Shown here one piece after another: positions 1 to 10,105 of a DNA stretch of 64,000 nt (positions within the stretch are counted from its first letter, which is position 1; every line of letters starts with the position of its first letter). The DNA comes from Bdellovibrionales bacterium (GTDB lineage Bacteria; Bdellovibrionota; Bdellovibrionia; Bdellovibrionales; UBA1609), in NCBI GenBank assembly GCA_965205945.1, contig CBDBIB010000001.1:512001-576000 (forward strand), read 5' to 3'. The notes under the pieces are model-generated. The model worked only from the letters and a program-made list of their open reading frames with translations. It did no database searches and was not told the DNA's origin. The translations under genes were made by a program, and so were the position numbers.

Positions 1-199
1 GCTTTTTCTCTCTTAAAGTTCTAAATGCAAATAAAACTTCTGCACTCTCTCTAATTATATGGGCTACATAAACGCAGGTTAACTCACCTTCTGGAAATAT
101 ATAACTACAATAGGCTTGATAACCTACGCCACTAGCCGTTTGAATTAAAGCTTCTTGACCATCACTAAATAAAACAGTCCCTGTTAAAACACCAATCAT
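1..199 (-). CDS. ruvA: Holliday junction branch migration protein RuvA (5' part; runs off window start)
   Basis: Not in ORF track; my translation from ATG at 199 gives MIGVLTGTVLFSDGQEALIQTASGVGYQAY...VAHIIRESAEVLFAFRTLREKK, a RuvA OB-fold N-terminus; lies directly downstream of ruvC. Confidence 0.9.
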   Translation of the reverse strand, partial: MIGVLTGTVLFSDGQEALIQTASGVGYQAYCSYIFPEGELTCVYVAHIIRESAEVLFAFRTLREKK

Positions 200-209
200 A
201 AATATCCCT

Positions 210-773
210 CTACTTTAAATGCTTAAAACTTTCCTTTAAACCCATCCCCCTAGTTTTTCTATTTCTAGATTGGCCTATTCTCCCTATAGTTCCCCTTCTA
301 AGACTATGACACAACGCTATAGCCACGGCATCACTTTCATCATGAGTCTGAGGCTTATAGTTTGGAAATACAAAGCTTAAAGATTTTTCTAAATTTTGTT
401 TAGAAGATAAGCCATAACCGGAGACTGTAGATTTGATTAAATTAGGAGAGTACTCACAAATAGAAACCATTCCTTTAAACACTGCTGAAATTATAGCGCC
501 TCTTGCTTGTGCCAGCTTTGCTAGTGAGTTCACATTCTTAACGTGAATAAGCGTCTCTAAAGATAACTCATAAGGAGGTAAGTTTTTAACTAGTTTTTTA
601 AAATAATTGCTTAAAGTACTAATTCTATTAAAAAAATCATCTTTTTGATTAAGCTTACAAGCGCCAGACTTCACTATTTCAAAATCTCTTCTAACACATT
701 TAACTAGTGCATAACCAGCACTTATAGAACCTGGGTCAATACCTAAAATAAATACTTCTTCTTTAGAGTGCAC
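210..773 (-). CDS. ruvC: Holliday junction resolvase RuvC
   Basis: ILGIDPG, LAQARG, EYSPNLIKSTVSGYG, DESDAVAIALCH motifs. Confidence 0.95.
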   Translation of the reverse strand: MHSKEEVFILGIDPGSISAGYALVKCVRRDFEIVKSGACKLNQKDDFFNRISTLSNYFKKLVKNLPPYELSLETLIHVKNVNSLAKLAQARGAIISAVFKGMVSICEYSPNLIKSTVSGYGLSSKQNLEKSLSFVFPNYKPQTHDESDAVAIALCHSLRRGTIGRIGQSRNRKTRGMGLKESFKHLK

Positions 774-1016
774 AAAGCCCTCCCTAAACTAAACTCTAAA
801 CTTATCCATATGCAAGAGCAAAGAAAACCTTTAAACAACATCTATGCCCTTTAAAAGAATCCGTATACTAAGCACTGTTGCCAGTTCATCTAGTCTAATC
901 ATAGCAACAAATAGACTAAAAGTAATGCTGACTTAAAATTTATTTTTAATTTATTATATCTTACGGCAATAGCCCTTAAACTTTTTATATACCGTTAGTA
1001 ACACCCTCATACAGGC

Positions 1017-1421
1017 TTAATTAACATCTCTCACTCCTGAAGAGTTTACACTCTCACTTTGTGTTGTAACATTCACTAAGAACAAAATCATATAAACAGC
1101 AAAGACTGGAACAAAAGCTGTTAAAATCCAAGAAACTAAAGTTATAAACCGAAGCCATGTTTCATGAATACCCAATTTTGGAGCCAACTTATGACAAACT
1201 CCTAAGAATCTAGGCTGATCCCCGAAGTTAATTGTAAACTCGCTGGGAAAAGAAATCACAACAGAAAGATAAACTAAGAATGTTACCCCAAAAGTAAATA
1301 AAAAAGAAATCAACAGGGCTATTCTTAAAATCAAAACAGGAAAGCCTAATTTTAAAGCTATTCCTCCACAAACACCACCAAAAACACCATTTTTTCGTAT
1401 AAAAATATTTTGATTTTTCAT
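1017..1421 (-). CDS. PspC domain membrane protein (two tandem PspC domains)
   Basis: GVFGGVCGGIA...LR and RFLGVCHKLA...LR repeats, each followed by a hydrophobic helix. Confidence 0.8.
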   Translation of the reverse strand: MKNQNIFIRKNGVFGGVCGGIALKLGFPVLILRIALLISFLFTFGVTFLVYLSVVISFPSEFTINFGDQPRFLGVCHKLAPKLGIHETWLRFITLVSWILTAFVPVFAVYMILFLVNVTTQSESVNSSGVRDVN

Positions 1422-1443
1422 AAAACCTTTATAACCTTAAAAC

Positions 1444-1474
1444 AAAAAAGAGGCCACTATTAAAGGGACCTCTT
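1444..1474 (-). terminator. Intrinsic terminator downstream of the 290-aa repeat protein
   Basis: Minus strand AAGAGGTCCC-TTTAATA-GTGGCCTCTT followed by a T run. Confidence 0.65.
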
Positions 1475-1509
1475 AAAAAAAATTAAACTCTTTAATCTAA
1501 AGGTTATGC

Positions 1510-2382
1510 CTACCTACGTCCCCTTCTAACAACTTGAACAAGAACCCTTTTAACCCTTATATTTCCTCTTAAATTAAGTCTTATATGCCCTAGCCCTACA
1601 ACGCCTCCACGCTCTAACTGCTCTCTAACAGTTAGTGGAGCTTGTAAAACTAGACGATGCATAGCGCCTCTTCTAAAAAAATCACCTTGATTTCCCGGAA
1701 TTATTTTCTCCTCAGAATGATACCTCCCAATTTGTAAAGAAACCCTAGCTCTACCAGCTCTAGATTTAGCATCTATAATAACAGATTTAATAGCTTTTCT
1801 GCTTAAATCCACCCCTTGTTCTATTAAACTTTTTCTTATTTGAATTATAGATTCATTTCTTAAAATCTCTCCTGGATTTACAAAAATTGAGTATGTTTGA
1901 ATTACTAATCTTTCTCTTCTAACAACTTGAACAAGAACCCTTTTAACCCTTATATTTCCTCTTAAATTAAGCCTTATATGCCCTAGCCCTACAACGCCTC
2001 CACGTTCTAACTGCTCTCTAACAGTTAGTGGAGCTTGTAAAACTAGACGATGCATAGCGCCTCTTCTAAAAAAATCACCTTGATTTCCCGGAATTATTTT
2101 CTCCTCAGAATGATACCTCCCAATTTGTAAAGAAACCCTAGCTCTACCAGCTCTAGATTTAGCATCTATAATAACAGATTTAATAGCTTTTCTGCTTAAA
2201 TCCACCCCTTGTTCTATTAAACTTTTTCTTATTTGAATTATAGATTCATTTCTTAAAATCTCTCCTGGATTTACAGAAATTGAGTATTTCTCACTTACTA
2301 ATTTTGAACTATCCCTCATTGAGTCTGCAGCAGCTCCAATAGACATAGCCAAAACGATAACTATCATTAACAATTTATTCAT
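1510..2382 (-). CDS. Secreted basic protein made of two near-identical ~124-aa domains; function unknown
   Basis: Signal peptide MNKLLMIVIVLAMSIGAAA; the domain YSI.VNPGEILRNES...RVLVQVVRR occurs twice. Confidence 0.8.
   Translation of the reverse strand: MNKLLMIVIVLAMSIGAAADSMRDSSKLVSEKYSISVNPGEILRNESIIQIRKSLIEQGVDLSRKAIKSVIIDAKSRAGRARVSLQIGRYHSEEKIIPGNQGDFFRRGAMHRLVLQAPLTVREQLERGGVVGLGHIRLNLRGNIRVKRVLVQVVRRERLVIQTYSIFVNPGEILRNESIIQIRKSLIEQGVDLSRKAIKSVIIDAKSRAGRARVSLQIGRYHSEEKIIPGNQGDFFRRGAMHRLVLQAPLTVREQLERGGVVGLGHIRLNLRGNIRVKRVLVQVVRRGRR
1523..2287. repeat. Direct repeat of 372 bp (1523-1894 and 1916-2287), period 393 bp, 3 mismatches
   Basis: Direct base-by-base comparison. Confidence 0.95.
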
Positions 2383-2757
2383 ATCCCCACCCCTTTTTCC
2401 ATTGACCCTTTAACATTAAAAAATCAAACTAGAACTAAATCTTAAACTAATGAAAAAATTACAACAAATTATATATTTTAATTTCTAATAAATAAAATTT
2501 TTATAACTTTCTTATTTAATTTAATATAAAATATATTCTTATGGGATTTAATCTTAATTTCACTTAAAATACGGCTAGATCTGTAAAATATTTTAGTTAA
2601 TCCCCTTAAGGCCTACACCTATTAAAAGCATGGTAAAAACTTTTAACACTCTTATCCAAACTCGGAGGTAAAATTATATTCAAACCCCTTTATAAGAACA
2701 TAGCGCCATTTTTTATAATTCTTTTATGTGCTGTTTTACCTTATAGTTAAAGTAGCT

Positions 2758-5229
2758 TTAAAGACCTGTTGAATAACTTTTCACACTAAAATTTTTGTAT
2801 TCAGTATCATCAAAATCATTTACTTGAATAACGTCCCAACAAGCTTTAATTGACTTTACAATTATAGTTTTTTCCTCTTGAGTAATCACGTTCTTTTCAA
2901 CTGCAAGCTTAACTAAATCTGAAACTTTTTTCTTTGGAAGTATTTTTGTTCTAACTGCTTTTTTAATTTTTCGTTCAATACCTGATGCTTGCTTTGAAAG
3001 CTTAAATGCCCACTCAAGCTTCCCTAAGCCATCTTCAGTTTCTTCAGGAATATAAATTCCAGCAGTAAGCCTCTTTCTTTGTTCAGACAAAGCCATCATC
3101 TTCGTACAAACCATATGACCCAAATCATCAGAAGGGCCAGACCCAATAGAATTTAAACGAGCCCATCTTCCAACAACACCTTTAAAAAACCATGTTAATC
3201 CTGGGATTTGAAGATTTAAACAAATACCTTCAAATCCTTTTTGAATTTCTCTATTACCATACTCTAAAGCATAATTTACAAAAGAAAGATCTTCCTTTCT
3301 AGCTCCTTCTGATTCAAACCTTCTTATAACAGCATAATTTAAGTACATCCAAGAAAGAATATCAGCAAATCTTCCTGTGATTTTTTCTTTAAACTTTAAA
3401 CTTCCACCCAAAGAACCCATAGCAACATCTGCCATGATCGCAAAACTTGCAGATGCCCAAGATAACTTTCTATAATGTGAATTAAGTACTCCACCACCAA
3501 ATCCAACAGCCAAGAATCCTCTAGTCCAACTAAGCAATATAGATCTAAAGATATTTCTTACAATATGACCTATATGCCCCCAGAAAGACAAATCAAAACC
3601 ATTTAAATCTCCTTCTTTAGCAGTTTTAATTTCCTGATAAGCATATGGATGAGCACGCAAAGCACCCTGTCCAAAAATCATAAGAGTTCTTGTTAAAATA
3701 TTTGCGCCTTCAACCGTAATTGCAATTGGAGCTGATTTATACGCATGAGCTAATGTGTTTCTAGGCCCTTCAGAAATTGCAGAACCTCCAACAATATCCA
3801 TTGCTCCATTAATTACTTTTCTAAAAGCCTCTGTAGTTTGATATTTTCCAATTGCTGTTATAATAGGAGGACTTAACCCTCTATCAATTGCACCACATGT
3901 AAAAGTACGACAAGCCTCTAGAATATAGGTAAAACCACCAATTTCAGCTAAAGGCTCTTCAACACCTTCAAATTTACCAATTGATAAACCAAATTGTTTT
4001 CTCACAGTTGCGTGAGCTGACGCAACTCTAAAGGCCATCTTAACTCCACCCGTACTTTGAGATGGAAGTGAAATTCCACGTCCAGCACCTAAACAATCCA
4101 TCAACATACTCCAGCCTCTACCAACCCCTAAAATTCCACCCACTACACACTCTTCAAGGTCTACAACAACATCTTTACCCTGTGTCGGACAATTATAAAA
4201 AGGAGCCCCTAATGGACTGTGTCTGTTTCCTTTAACAACGCCCTTAGTAGAAGATGGAATCAATGCACAAGTAATTCCCCTATCATCACCTAAAGCCTCA
4301 TCATTTTGTTTTAATAAGTTCTCAGGATCTTTTACTCTAAAGGCCAAACCAATTGTTGTTGCCACTGCCGCTAAAGTGATCCAACGCTTATTCCAATTTA
4401 TACGAAGCTTTAACCTTCCATCATCTCCTTTAAAAACAACACCTTCTGAAATTATTGACCCCGCATCACTTCCTGCTTGAGGCTCTGTAAGACCAAAACA
4501 AGGAAGCTCTTCACCAATAGCAAGCTTTGGAAGAAGCCTGTCTTTTTGTTCCTGAGTTCCATAATGATTTAAAAGTTCAGCAGGCCCTAATGAGTTTGGA
4601 ACCATTACACTAACACCTGGAACAATTGAACGTGAGGCTATTTTTTCAATAACTGCTCCATGGGCAAGAGCAGAAAAACCTAAACCCCCATAAGATTTTG
4701 GAATAATCATTCCAAAAAACTTTTCTTTTTTTAAAAATGTCCAAACTTCTTCAGGCATTTCTCTTTTTTGCCAAATCTCCCAATCATTAATCATCTTACA
4801 AACTTCTTCAACAGGGCCATCTAAAAACTCTTGCTCTTCAATTTTAAGTTTTGGGTATGGCTCTTTACTTAATTTTTTAAAATCAGGTTTTCCTGAGAAC
4901 AAGTCTTTTTCAACCCAAACAACACCTGCTTCTAATGCCGTTTTTTCTGTATCTGAAATCTCTGGCAAAGCTCTTTTCATAAGGGCCATAATAACAGATG
5001 AAACTAATATCCTTCTAATAGGCTTAATTACGAAAACTAAAAACACACCCATTAAAATATAAAGAGGCGTACCCATAAGACCACTCACTATTGCTAATAG
5101 TATAATAGTTAAAGCCCATAGAATAAATGGAGCCCCTAAGTATCCAAAGACTACAAGTAAAAACACTGATCCGAAAATAACAGCACATCTGTACTCGCTA
5201 AATAATTCAAGCACCATGTTTAAATCCAC
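2758..5229 (-). CDS. fadE: Long-chain acyl-CoA dehydrogenase, FadE type
   Basis: MVPNSLGPAELL, CFGLTEPQAGSDAGS, RKQFGLSIGKFEGV, ITVEGANILTR; N-terminal membrane helices; start moved to GTG 5229 behind SD GGAGAGG. Confidence 0.92.
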   Translation of the reverse strand: MDLNMVLELFSEYRCAVIFGSVFLLVVFGYLGAPFILWALTIILLAIVSGLMGTPLYILMGVFLVFVIKPIRRILVSSVIMALMKRALPEISDTEKTALEAGVVWVEKDLFSGKPDFKKLSKEPYPKLKIEEQEFLDGPVEEVCKMINDWEIWQKREMPEEVWTFLKKEKFFGMIIPKSYGGLGFSALAHGAVIEKIASRSIVPGVSVMVPNSLGPAELLNHYGTQEQKDRLLPKLAIGEELPCFGLTEPQAGSDAGSIISEGVVFKGDDGRLKLRINWNKRWITLAAVATTIGLAFRVKDPENLLKQNDEALGDDRGITCALIPSSTKGVVKGNRHSPLGAPFYNCPTQGKDVVVDLEECVVGGILGVGRGWSMLMDCLGAGRGISLPSQSTGGVKMAFRVASAHATVRKQFGLSIGKFEGVEEPLAEIGGFTYILEACRTFTCGAIDRGLSPPIITAIGKYQTTEAFRKVINGAMDIVGGSAISEGPRNTLAHAYKSAPIAITVEGANILTRTLMIFGQGALRAHPYAYQEIKTAKEGDLNGFDLSFWGHIGHIVRNIFRSILLSWTRGFLAVGFGGGVLNSHYRKLSWASASFAIMADVAMGSLGGSLKFKEKITGRFADILSWMYLNYAVIRRFESEGARKEDLSFVNYALEYGNREIQKGFEGICLNLQIPGLTWFFKGVVGRWARLNSIGSGPSDDLGHMVCTKMMALSEQRKRLTAGIYIPEETEDGLGKLEWAFKLSKQASGIERKIKKAVRTKILPKKKVSDLVKLAVEKNVITQEEKTIIVKSIKACWDVIQVNDFDDTEYKNFSVKSYSTGL

Positions 5230-5703
5230 TAAACCTCTCCTTGCATTACATTCTGACACTGTACTAGGTAAGCTTTATTTTTTCAATCTGTGTTACTTAT
5301 TACACAGAAACTAGACTAACGCATGATTTAGTGGTGTCTTTTAAGAATATTGCAGTCAAAGTCTTGTAACAAATACCAAAGATTTAGCCTATGTTAATAA
5401 TATTCTAGTTTAAAATAGTCACCTTTATAAAAAATCCATAACACCTTAAATTCGAACTCTTCATATAAAGGAACTACCGTGTAAGAGAAAAGATTTTAAA
5501 GCTTTAGTTATACAATTTATTTAAAACTTATCAAATCGTAAGATCAGATAAATTGTACCCCAAAAAACCTCTTCTAAAGAAGTTTGTACTTTTAACTATA
5601 TTATAAATATTCTAAAAAAACAAAGGCTATACAATAACTGTGTTATAAGGCCCTCATAAAAAAATTGTTCTTAAATTTGAGAAACTCTAAGTCTATTTTG
5701 GTA

Positions 5704-8700
5704 TTAATTACCTTCACCTCCACTATCCGGATTTAAATAAAAACTATAATAAAAACTTAAATCAGCTCCACGAGAAAGGTTTCCGGCTGCATCTTGTGCA
5801 ACACCAGAGGCAATGCTAATTGAAGCATATTTACTAGTACTAGTACTACAGCTCCGAAGTATAATCCTTGGATTAATAGTTGTTCCATTTGTTACTGAAA
5901 CTCTACAACTTGTAGCACCTCCAGTAAAGCTGACATCGCTGCTTCGTAGGTTTATACGACTACTAGGGTTTCCAATTACAATTATGGAAAAGTTTATAGA
6001 CATTGATCTACTTTCTACAGGGATTCCAATACTAACAATAGGGGGCTCAGTATCTTTTATTAGGTTTAAAACACCTGAAGTTTTAGAGTTTCCAGCAGTG
6101 TTTGTGATGCTAGCAGTTAGTGAAAGTGGGCCATCACTTAAGCTTGAAAAATCAATATCACCACTAAAGCTTTTATTAGAACAGGTAATAACGCTTGTAC
6201 CATGTGAGAATGTAACCAGCTCACCATCTTCAGAACATGTTCCTGAAACTCTAAAGGCCCCTTGGTTACTAGAGTTAATGTAATTTCCTCGTACAGGATT
6301 TGTAATAGAAATTGTTGAATCATTGTTACTTAAAACATTTATCCACGTCCACACTGTTCCATTGCAAAACTCCAGTTTTTTTTCTAAAGAATTATACCTT
6401 AAAGTACCCTCAGTTAAACTGTCACAAGGGGTTGTAACTGTTCCAATTTTTATTCCGTTTAAAAGCGTAACAGTAGATGTACTAATAGACCCTGGAGCAG
6501 AAAAGTTTCTAGAGACAAAGACATCACCACTATTATCAATAGTGATTCCCTCATCATCGCCGTCTCCACTTAAATAATTTTGATTAAGACTTATATTTAA
6601 TCGAGCTATACTATCTCCCATATTATCAGCACTGCTTGGTAAGTTTATAAGCCGACTTCCATCAACAGCAGGCAGTCTTAAAGAGCTATCAAGCTTAATA
6701 AGCTGATTGCTCCCTGTGCCAACATCTAATCTAGCTGTGCTAATGGTTCCTGAAGTGATCTTTTCTCCATTTAAATCTGGTATATCAGATTTTAATAAAC
6801 TTAAACCCTCAACCACTCTTCCTTTAACATCAACTCTAACTTTTGGGTACGTCCCTGGGGTTACACCCGTTGATGTAAGACTAGGGTTTGGGTAGGTTCC
6901 TGTAAGATCCCCTTGAGCCTGGCTTCCTAAAAGACTTGTGTCTGTCACACATGACCATAAATAAATAGGACCTTCACTCATTTGAAGTTTTTCATTGGCT
7001 TCACAACTAGGCACCCCACCAGCATCCATTGCGTTGCCTCGACTTGTGCCTAAAGAAGCTTTTAAATAACCGTTTAAAAAGTTTGAATGTGTTATTTTTT
7101 TAAGACCACTTTGAGAAACATCATACATTAAAACACTGTCTAAAGAATCAGCCGTAGTTTTTTCTGTAGTTTTGTTAATGTCTACACTTAAACTTCTATC
7201 AGTTGATAAATCTCCGCCTCCACTTAATCCACTGTTTAAAGCCGTTCTAATAGTTCTAGTTATTGGAGCTTTTCTAGATTCAAGTTCATTAAGTGCACCT
7301 TCTACATCTGTAGCCTGAATGTTTCCAAATGGAGTGTAGGTCACCGTGTTTGCCGCCAGACTTGCTAAACTCCAACCTTCAGACACATCCTTACAATTTG
7401 CTCCTCTTTCATCACAAATTTGTGTTATTCTTGCTGTTCCAGCAACGTCTAATAAAGCCTCAGGACTAGCCTTACCAACCCCAACCCTTCCACTAGCATC
7501 AATAATAATTCCCTCATTATCACCGTCTCCACTTAAATAATTTTGGTTAAGATTTATATTTAATCGAGCTATACCATCTCCCATATTATCAGCACTACTT
7601 GGTAAGTTTATAAGCCGACTTCCATCAACAGCAGGCAGTCTTAAAGAGCTATCAAGCTTAATAAGCTGATTGCTCCCTGTGCCAACATCTAATCTAGCTG
7701 TGCTAATGATTCCTGAAGTGATCTTTTCTCCATTTAAATCTGGTATATCAGATTTTAATAAACTTAAACCCTCAACCACTCTTCCTTTAACATCAACTCT
7801 AACTTTTGGGTACGCCCCTTGGGTTACACCCGTTGGTGTAAGACTAGGGTTTGGGTAGGTTCCTGTAAGATCCCCTTGAGCCTGGCTTCCTAAAAGACTT
7901 GTGTCTGTGTCCGTATCAATATCAGCCACGCAAGAATAGCTTATTATAGTACCAGGGTTTCGTTGAATCTTTTCCCCACTAGTACACACAGGAAGAGTGT
8001 CCACTTGCATGAGCTGTCCTAAACCACTTCCTATATCTGCTTCTAAACCCCTTGGCGTAATTTTTAAACCACTTCCTACTTTTACTTTTAATTTATTTAT
8101 ATTAAACTCTAAACCCCCAGAAGAATCTAAATCTAAATCTATGTTTCCACTGTTGTTGTATAAACCCCTACCAAGGTTGATGCTTATTGTTGGGTTGCTA
8201 CCACCTGAAGAAGTTAAAGGAGCATTGACTAAAACACTTAATGCACTACTTAAGGTGCTTAAAACTTCTAAGCTAACACCATTCCAATACTTAAGCGCTC
8301 CAGAGTCACTATTGTACCAAGTAGCCCCAGCATTGCTCATGTTCATAGACCCTAAAAGACTAACTTCTTCTAAATTCGTATAAGAACCTAAGGTCATGGT
8401 ACTTCCTGGGTTTTGCATAATATGACTTGTGTTTAGAATCTGATTATTATTAAAGTTAAGGTCACCTAATAAAACCCCTCCTGTAAGAGGAAGTTTTGTA
8501 TTGTCAGTTCCTGTGGGAACCACTGAGCTTGGTAGAATTCCACTTGTGATTTTATTTGCATGAATACCACTTGCAAGATGACTGTTTAAAACACCCCCTG
8601 GTGCAATTAAAATTGTACCACTGTTTGTAATGGTTCCACCACTTAAGCCACTTCCTGCTGTAATACTGGTTACAGTTCCACTACCTTTACCAACAACAGT

Positions 8701-9474
8701 GGCTGCTGATCCATTGTAGTACATGATTTGATTATTTGTAGAGTTATACCAAATATCTCCTGCCTGAGAATTAGGTGGTGGATGAGAGCTTGAAAAACTC
8801 GGTAAAGAGCTAGCTCCACTGATGCTTAATGGGGAGTATTGATTAGAGCTGCCATTAATTAAAGCCATAAGCTCCCTTTGATTGGCATCATTATCAAACA
8901 CGGTCTCTAAATTGCTTTGAGTAACACCACGACTTACTTGAATAAAATCATTAACAGCTTTTCCACCAAGTTTGCCGGCATACTGAGCATAGGGCACACT
9001 GTGAATTATATGATCATTTGTTAAAGTAAGAGGGCCGCTGCCATGATCAAAAGTTACTCTAAGCCTTCTTGTATCGTTTAAGGTTGGAGTGTATGAAGAC
9101 CCAAAGGCACAACTAAGACTTTTATTGTTTAAAAAAGAATTGTCTAAAGCTTTAGATAAATTTGTTAAGCCTCCATTTCCTGTGTTTATTCCAGACCCAA
9201 CGTTTAAGTTAAAAACTCCCTTTGATCCTATCATATTAAGATTAAAACTTTCTTCGTAAAGAAGACAATGATCCATGGAGGATAAAACTTGAACAAGAAA
9301 GCTGACATTATTTTCTTCTAAAGCGTCTCCATTGGGTTTTACAATTTGACCTTGAAAAACAAAAGAACTTGGGGTGGCTAGAGAATGGGGAGTTAATAGT
9401 AAAATTGTGAAGAAAGTTAGAGCTTTCACACCTATTTCTATGAAATTTTTTAATAAGTCATATACTCTATACAT
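5704..9474 (-). CDS. Phage-tail-fibre-like trimeric adhesin (Bdellovibrio MAT-type) with C-terminal Ig-like tip
   Basis: N-domain FQGQIVKPNGDALE..VSF...CLLYEE...SVPYAQYA; fibre repeats TGVTxGxYPKVRVDVKGRV; CDSLTEGTLRYNS..LEFCNG.W neck; Ig-like domains with TAGN/DAAGN; exact start uncertain. Confidence 0.8.
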   Translation of the reverse strand: MYRVYDLLKNFIEIGVKALTFFTILLLTPHSLATPSSFVFQGQIVKPNGDALEENNVSFLVQVLSSMDHCLLYEESFNLNMIGSKGVFNLNVGSGINTGNGGLTNLSKALDNSFLNNKSLSCAFGSSYTPTLNDTRRLRVTFDHGSGPLTLTNDHIIHSVPYAQYAGKLGGKAVNDFIQVSRGVTQSNLETVFDNDANQRELMALINGSSNQYSPLSISGASSLPSFSSSHPPPNSQAGDIWYNSTNNQIMYYNGSAATVVGKGSGTVTSITAGSGLSGGTITNSGTILIAPGGVLNSHLASGIHANKITSGILPSSVVPTGTDNTKLPLTGGVLLGDLNFNNNQILNTSHIMQNPGSTMTLGSYTNLEEVSLLGSMNMSNAGATWYNSDSGALKYWNGVSLEVLSTLSSALSVLVNAPLTSSGGSNPTISINLGRGLYNNSGNIDLDLDSSGGLEFNINKLKVKVGSGLKITPRGLEADIGSGLGQLMQVDTLPVCTSGEKIQRNPGTIISYSCVADIDTDTDTSLLGSQAQGDLTGTYPNPSLTPTGVTQGAYPKVRVDVKGRVVEGLSLLKSDIPDLNGEKITSGIISTARLDVGTGSNQLIKLDSSLRLPAVDGSRLINLPSSADNMGDGIARLNINLNQNYLSGDGDNEGIIIDASGRVGVGKASPEALLDVAGTARITQICDERGANCKDVSEGWSLASLAANTVTYTPFGNIQATDVEGALNELESRKAPITRTIRTALNSGLSGGGDLSTDRSLSVDINKTTEKTTADSLDSVLMYDVSQSGLKKITHSNFLNGYLKASLGTSRGNAMDAGGVPSCEANEKLQMSEGPIYLWSCVTDTSLLGSQAQGDLTGTYPNPSLTSTGVTPGTYPKVRVDVKGRVVEGLSLLKSDIPDLNGEKITSGTISTARLDVGTGSNQLIKLDSSLRLPAVDGSRLINLPSSADNMGDSIARLNISLNQNYLSGDGDDEGITIDNSGDVFVSRNFSAPGSISTSTVTLLNGIKIGTVTTPCDSLTEGTLRYNSLEKKLEFCNGTVWTWINVLSNNDSTISITNPVRGNYINSSNQGAFRVSGTCSEDGELVTFSHGTSVITCSNKSFSGDIDFSSLSDGPLSLTASITNTAGNSKTSGVLNLIKDTEPPIVSIGIPVESRSMSINFSIIVIGNPSSRINLRSSDVSFTGGATSCRVSVTNGTTINPRIILRSCSTSTSKYASISIASGVAQDAAGNLSRGADLSFYYSFYLNPDSGGEGN
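6545..7908. repeat. Intragenic direct repeat of ~401 bp (6545-6945 and 7508-7908), offset 963 bp, about 10 mismatches
   Basis: Direct comparison; protein block TDTSLLGSQAQGDL...YLSGDGD.EGI occurs twice. Confidence 0.95.
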
Positions 9475-9481
9475 ATTGTAT

Positions 9482-9508
9482 ATTTCGGATGAAAAGCTTA
9501 ATAATTAG
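9482..9508 (-). promoter_or_regulatory. Possible sigma28 (FliA) promoter of the fibre gene
   Basis: Minus strand CTAAT-N14-TCCGAAAT versus consensus TAAA-N15-GCCGATAA. Confidence 0.35.
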
Positions 9509-9564
9509 AGGGAATTAAATAGTTTTTTAGCTCTAATTCTACATTTTTATTTTCATTTAAAATC

Positions 9565-10105
9565 TGTGCTTTTGTATGAGATGCCGATAAGGAGGATTAT
9601 GTTACTACGTCTATTTTAAAATTATATTTAAGTTTAAAAGTATTTAATTATAAAAGTTTAGACTTTATTTTTTTAAAATTATTATTTTCAATAAAATTTT
9701 TATTATTAAAAATAAGGACTGCTTTAGAATTTACTTTAAAAATATTTAATATTTAATATTCTTTTTTTAAAGCTTAGATTTAAATATCTTTATTTATCAT
9801 AGCTGTTATTTTAACCAGCATCTAAGTTTAAAAGTTATTAAGATACAGCATATGTATTATATAAAATTAAATAATATTTAAAGCGATATTCTTTAAGGTT
9901 TTTTTAATATTTATTTGTATAGAGATATTATTTAAACAAGAAAATCTTGTTAATTAAACGTAACTATTTTGCAACATTTTTATGTCACAAAGAAATTTAC
10001 ACTTAAGCACCATAGTTAAAATCAGCAGGTCAAATCAAAAATAATGTGGTTTTAAGCAGAAATAGTAACATAATCCCCCTTATCGGCATGTTTTGTAAAA
10101 GTACA
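9565..10105. repeat. Inverted repeat pair 9565-9607 / 10063-10105 (27-bp core, 26/27 identical) containing GCCGATAA, an SD and ATG
   Basis: ATGCCGATAAGGAGGATTATGTTACTA on + at 9581-9607; ATGCCGATAAGGGGGATTATGTTACTA on - at 10089-10063. Confidence 0.85.

Noticed and set aside
1523..2287. Repeats as a CRISPR array, IS ends or DGR template/variable pair
   Set aside because: They are long in-frame coding duplications with no spacers, and no cas, transposase or reverse transcriptase gene is in the window
5813..8383. Several plus-strand ORFs inside the fibre gene, and similar short antisense or nested ORFs elsewhere (e.g. 11493, 20648, 23217, 60791, 61205)
   Set aside because: Shadow frames of long, well-supported genes; no motifs of their own
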